From: Anthoceros angustus
Taxonomy: Eukaryota; Plantae; Anthocerotophyta
DNA length: 64,000 nt
Direction of reading: 5' to 3'
Assembly: GCA_010909165.1 (NCBI GenBank)
Contig: MU008176.1
Coordinates: forward strand, 612,856 to 676,855
The first letter of the stretch is position 1, and the number at the start of each line of letters is the position of its first letter. Below are positions 61,231 to 64,000 of this stretch, in pieces. A program made the position numbers and the translations under genes. Below the pieces are notes generated by a model. That model searched no databases. It saw only the letters and a list, made by a program, of their open reading frames with translations, and was not told the DNA's origin.

Positions 61231-63900
61231 AACGCCATGCTCCACGGACCATGCATGTGTTAATTTGCTATTTTTATGCTTTGCCCGTTCTACATACCAC
61301 ATTGCCTACCGATCCGCCCAGCGATGCGGCGATGTCGCGACCACATTCCGAGGCCGTGGTGGCGGTATGGCGGTGGCCATGGTGTGTGGGGAGTGGTGGT
61401 GCGGCGTGGGGCGGCGCGGTGCAGTGGGGAGGGAGGAAAGAGGAGAGACTTCGTGGCGTGCCATGCCACGCAACCTTGCCATGGCGCCTTCACCGTGCGA
61501 TACTTGTTATGGAAACCCTTCCGTGTCAGCGTATGCCATTCCTCCATGCATGTATGGTCCCCTATGCGATCCACCAATCATGGCGTCACATGGCGACATG
61601 TCATGTGCCCATCCATGGGCCATGTACATGACATCATCACACTTCAAGATCGTGGCTTATGCCCGAGATGCTCCAACAAGATCTAGTCATTTTCGATTCA
61701 GGCTTATGCCTGTGATGCTCTAGAAGATCCAACATAGAGTCTTAGGTGCCTGCTTTCCATACAAGAACAAAGATGATACCGGGCACGCTGCTTGCATACC
61801 AAGCCACCTTGCTCGACCATTCTCCGGCTTCCATGACCGATGCTGGCGCAAACCGCCGCCGATGGGCCCCCAACCGGCCCTCCTTCCCGGCCGACAAGAG
61901 GGGCACCGACATCCGCGCCGCATATGGCGGTTCCTGTGCTTAAGCCTTCACCCAAATCTTCAAAGTCAACGTCCCAAACCATGGTCGAGGAAGGCCAACC
62001 GAGTCACTTATGCACAATCGATAACCGCGACAAAGTGAACAGGAACTGCAAAGTGACGATGGCCGACAAGGGAGGTGAGGTAACCCTGTGGTGATGGGGG
62101 AAGAGGGGCAAGAGAGGAGGAGGGGGGGGAGGCGAGGGGCGTAAGTCCTAGGGCATGCCATGGCTCATGTGCCATGCATGCCGATTTTCGCGGGCGCCAC
62201 CACCTATGTGTGTGGCATTCACATGCCTAAAACACCGCTGCAACTGGGCGATTGTCCACCACACCATGCATTGGCATATATAGGCATCCGTTTATACGAT
62301 TTTCGAATCCAAGGACAAATTTAGCCCATTATGGATTACCATATCCGTGATCAAGGAAAATAATTTCCCTTTGCTCATGCGCATTTCGTGGTCCAAGGAC
62401 AAAACATTCTCTGCTATGTATGGTCATTTCGTGACCCAAGGACAAATGTTCCTCATTTGTCATGACCATGTCTTGCCTCAGTCAATTTTGGCCATTCGAT
62501 GACCATTTCAAAGCCAAGGACAAATGTTTCCATTATGGAAGATCATTTTCGATCGACGGACACTAATTTGCCATTGTTCATTACCGCTATGTGGTCCAAG
62601 GACAATACATTCCCATCATGCATGATCATTTCGTGACCCAAGGACAAATGTTCCTCATTCGTCATGACCATGTCTTGCCTCATGTCAATTTTGGCCATTC
62701 CGGATGACCATTTGGAGAGCCAAGGACAAATTTGCCCTTTGTGGATTACAATGCCATTTCGTGACACAAGGACATGCCATTTCAAAGCCAAGGACAAAAC
62801 ATTCCTCCATGCAATTTTGCATTTAATCATCCCTATTGGCAACCCAAGGACAAGTGTCGAATGCCATTTCGTCTGGGTAATGCCATTCCTCCATGCATGC
62901 CATTTCAAGTGACACTTAGAACCCGCCATGCTCCACGGACCATGCATGTGTTAATTTGATTTTTATGCTTTGCCCGTTCGCATACCACATTGCCTACCGA
63001 TCCACCATATGACAAGACATGTGCATTACATTTGTGAAGTGGTGAGAACATGGCCATGGTGTGTATTTATCGGCGCCACACCATTGTGCAAGGAAAGAGG
63101 AGAGAGGAGGAGACTTCGTGGCGTGCCATGCATGCCATTCCTCCATGCATGCCATTTCGTGGTCCAAGGACAAAACATTCCTCCATGCATGCCATTCCTC
63201 CATATAATGATGTGCGAGTTCCCTGCCAGTACCCACCAATCAAACGCCACATGGCGTAACGTGTCATGTATTCACTGCCACGGGCAAGTGGCAACTAGGC
63301 GTCACTGGGATACCATATCCGTGATCAAGGAAAATAATTTCCCTTTGCTCATGCGCATTTCGTGGTCCAAGGACAAAACATTCTCTGCTATGTATGGTCA
63401 TTTCGTGACCCAAGGACAAATGTTCCTCATTTGTCATGACCATGTCTTGCCTCAGTCAATTTTGGCCATTCGATGACCATTTCAAAGCCAAGGACAAATG
63501 TTTCCATTATGGAAGATCATTTTCGATCGACGGACACTAATTTGCCATTGTTCATTACCGCTATGTGGTCCAAGGACAATACATTCCCATCATGCATGAT
63601 CATTTCGTGACCCAAGGACAAATGTTCCTCATTCGTCATGACCATGTCTTGCCTCATGTCAATTTTGGCCATTCCGGATGACCATTTGGAGAGCCAAGGA
63701 CAAATTTGCCCTTTGTGGATTACAATGCCATTTCGTGACACAAGGACATGCCATTTCAAAGCCAAGGACAAAACATTCCTCCATGCAATTTTGCATTTAA
63801 TCATCCCTATTGGCAACCCAAGGACAAGTGTCGAATGCCATTTCGTCTGGGTAATGCCATTCCTCCATGCATGCCATTTCAAGTGACACTTAGAACCCGC
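58460..63900. repeat. Blocks of a ~41-bp degenerate minisatellite with core CCAAGGACAAA
   Basis: Core recurs at ~58468, 58551, 58595, 58676, 58756, 58795, 58877, 58917 and 58996; further blocks at ~60620-61220, 62300-62900 and 63130-63880. Confidence 0.8.
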
Positions 63901-64000
63901 CATGCTCCACGGACCATGCATGTGTTAATTTGATTTTTATGCTTTGCCCGTTCGCATACCACATTGCCTACCGATCCACCATATGACAAGACATGTGCAT
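62337..64000. repeat. Apparently identical 690-bp direct repeat, offset 974 bp
   Basis: 62337-63026 recurs at 63311-64000; ORFs 62543..62947 and 63517..63921 translate identically. Confidence 0.9.

Overview
Repeat-rich eukaryotic DNA, most likely a non-seed land plant. This is inferred from an intact LRR-XI receptor kinase and Ty3/Gypsy elements of the type seen in bryophytes, lycophytes and charophytes. The only clean host gene is a two-exon HAESA/HSL-like LRR receptor kinase (8788-11864). The rest is transposon-derived: CACTA termini and TnpA-like remnants, Gypsy fragments, and two mobile elements that each carry a DNA methyltransferase. (1) A ~9.6 kb segment (24054-33612) bounded by an imperfect ~26-bp inverted repeat holds a spliced Sola1/DUF7869-like DDE transposase (+). 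Head-to-head with it is an intron-containing gene (-) whose reconstructed product has a ParB/Srx-like GGNH domain followed by a beta-class N4C/N6A methyltransferase. (2) A Ty3/Gypsy element (~46.1-57.9 kb, -) has a C5-cytosine methyltransferase between protease and RT, and a PHD finger after the integrase. From ~16 kb onward there are many imperfect tandem duplications and single-base frameshifts. TE proteins were therefore reconstructed by eye across frames, and part of the decay may be assembly or read error. No database searches were run; family calls rest on recognised motifs, and most TE boundaries are approximate.
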